DNA of 64,000 bases from the human T2T-CHM13v2.0 reference genome, Homo sapiens, in the NCBI RefSeq assembly GCF_009914755.1, contig NC_060938.1; one strand, written 5' to 3'. The number at the start of each line of letters is the position of its first letter. Position 1 is the stretch's first letter. The notes below the pieces were generated by a model that worked only from the letters and a program-made list of their open reading frames with translations, was not told the DNA's origin and did no database searches. Below are positions 61,500-64,000 of the stretch, piece by piece. Both the position numbers and the translations under genes were made by a program.

Positions 61500-62600
61500 C
61501 AACTGTGAATCCTTTCTTTGCCTCTTGAGACATTTTTCCCTGCAACTTTTGTCATCTTGCTCCTTTCAGGCATAGTTGCCCTAGAGGATTTCTGGGTGTT
61601 CTTCCTCCATCATTCTGGGAATTCCATTACTGTTTTCTTGTGCCAGATCACCTCTTTCTTGTATCCTATGCCTTCTTTTTGCTTTTCAACCCCTTGTGTT
61701 TTTGAGACACATCCTCTACTACCTTCTTGTAAAGGGTGCATGGCAGGTAAAGTCTTTGAAAAATTGGATGTCTAAGACATTTTATTCTGCACACCTTCTT
61801 GATCAATAGTTTGGGCAGTATTTCCCTGAATGCTGAAGTCATTTCTTCATTTGCACCTAATTTTCAGTGTTGAAGTCAAGAAGTCAAAATCTGATACAAT
61901 AAAGTTAACCCTTATAATTAGCGATCTAAAATTTCATAATGATGTGCTCTGGTGTGGTCTTTTTTTAGCCGTGTTGCTGAGTACTCAGTGGGCTCTTAAA
62001 TTTGAAACCTTCTATCCTAAAGTTCTGCAGAATTGTCTTGTATTCTTTCCCTGACAGTTTTTTCCACTCCATTTTTTCTGTTCTCTATTACTTTTGTGCC
62101 TATTAGACTAATGTTAGGCCTGCTGGATTGATCTTTAATTTGTTCTTTTCTCTCCTATTGTCCATCAAGTCTTCTTGCTCCACTTCCCATTTAAAGTTGA
62201 TGGTATCCTCTTTCTTGCTATTTCTGAACACCCCTCTTTATATAACATCTTGATTATTTTATTATAGATAGCATTGCTCTTCTAATCTAAAGTGTTCTTC
62301 TGTTGCATTGTCTCTGCTTTCTCTGGGAGGTTTCTTCTTGATTATTTTGTTCTCTATCTTAAATGTTGAAAGATTTTCTCAAATATCTGGATGTCCCATG
62401 GATGACCGGTTATATTTAAGAGTGAGGCATTGAAAAAAAGAGAGATTGGAATCTCTATATGCTTGGGCAGAGATTGTCTAAAGGAGAGAGGCTGCTTCCC
62501 TGGAGGGTGACATGGGGGAATGCTGCTTTTATTTCAGAGGATCAACATGTGTCAGTGTTTATAGGTCTTTTCTCTTGAACCTATGCAAGATGAGATTTTG
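61500..62600 (-). mobile_element. Ancient L1M/HAL1-like ORF1-region remnant
   Basis: Pyrimidine-rich antisense L1-like motifs (GATGTCTAAGACATTTTATTCTGC; TTTCATAATGATGTGCTCTGGTGTGGTCT; TCAGTGGGCTCTT). Confidence 0.5.
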
Positions 62601-63096
62601 TGTTGCATTTTAGACATGAATATTTTATAAACTCCATCTCATATTTCACCTATACAACTACAAGGAGGAAATATCTGGGAAATTTACATGGTAAACATTG
62701 AAAACTTTTTAACAAGTATGGTGATAATTAGTGGCTTAATTATAACAAAACAAGACAGAAAATTCAATTTCCCATGATGAATAAAGTTTATAACACAAGT
62801 GAACACACAGCTGTCTCTACCAAATAGAATTTTCTGCAGTATACAAAGTCTCAAGATTATAAATTACAATTGTTATATTTAGATGTTACTTGTCTGGAGA
62901 TTCTCTGCCCTTAGTAAGCAAATATTTAAGAGTAAGTATAATTATATTTTCAAGGGTCAGAGCATGTGTAAACAGAAAGCCAAACTTACAGAGAACTTCA
63001 CCCGTTTGGCTTAGAATTTTTAACCATTGTGTCCTTGATATAATAAAATGTAAGAATCCTTTAATTATTCATGTCTCATTAACACGAGGCATATAA

Positions 63097-63453
<357 letters not shown>

Positions 63454-64000
63454 ATCTATGTTTCTTTTTACATACATGTATGCCTTGTGATCTACTCATT
63501 TCCTTTCATTTTATTCTAGGCGAAATTATTTTCAAGTTAATATATTTTTACAGGCCAGTCATTTTCTCATGGCTGGTGGGATTATGGGAAAGTGGGGTCT
63601 CGAGGTGACAAATCTGGCAGCCAACTTTTTTTGTAGCCAAGAAGAGGAGACTAGGAAGGAATCTCGCAATTCAATATACAGTCTTTCACTTCATCCGCCT
63701 GATCTCATATGGTACCTCACTCCCACTTGCTTGTTTAATTTATTCAGTATCATTATAGTGGAGTTCTGGGAGACAGCAGATATAAATTTGTGTTCCATAT
63801 AGTATGTTTAATTGGAAGTCTTGATAGATTTCTTTGGAAACAGCATCTTCACTAGATTATTTGTGGGAGTAAGAAAATGATTCTTGACCATTCCATTTTT
63901 TGGAGATATCTCAAAAGTTCTATATATTGCTTCTGTTTACTTTTCATTGACAATAATTTATTCAAATGGCTAGATATAGCTGTGAAGGAGGCTGAGAAAT

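Overview
Gene-poor, repeat-dense catarrhine primate DNA, most likely hominoid given a young L1PA2/3-type insertion. I can support no cellular protein-coding exon, RNA gene or novel biological system. Every recognisable ORF comes from a transposable element. Main components: the 3' part of a decayed HERV-K(HML-3) provirus (pol/env plus MER9 LTR, 1-3678); a THE1 element carrying two nested solo LTRs (10361-13186); a full THE1 element (26298-28609); two 5'-inverted (twin-primed) L1s; a full-length mutated L1PA (39272-45401); and a non-autonomous ERV1/MER4-group provirus (53507-59151) with env remnants and an L1 in its 3' LTR. There are also many Alus, MaLR/ERV1 solo LTRs and DNA-transposon relics. 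The notable points are structural: nested insertions dated by target-site duplications (TSDs), Alu multimers, a templated env-fragment copy, a candidate mini 3' transduction and an intact L1 endonuclease ORF. Family names come from my recall of consensus sequences, not from a database search, so subfamily labels are tentative.
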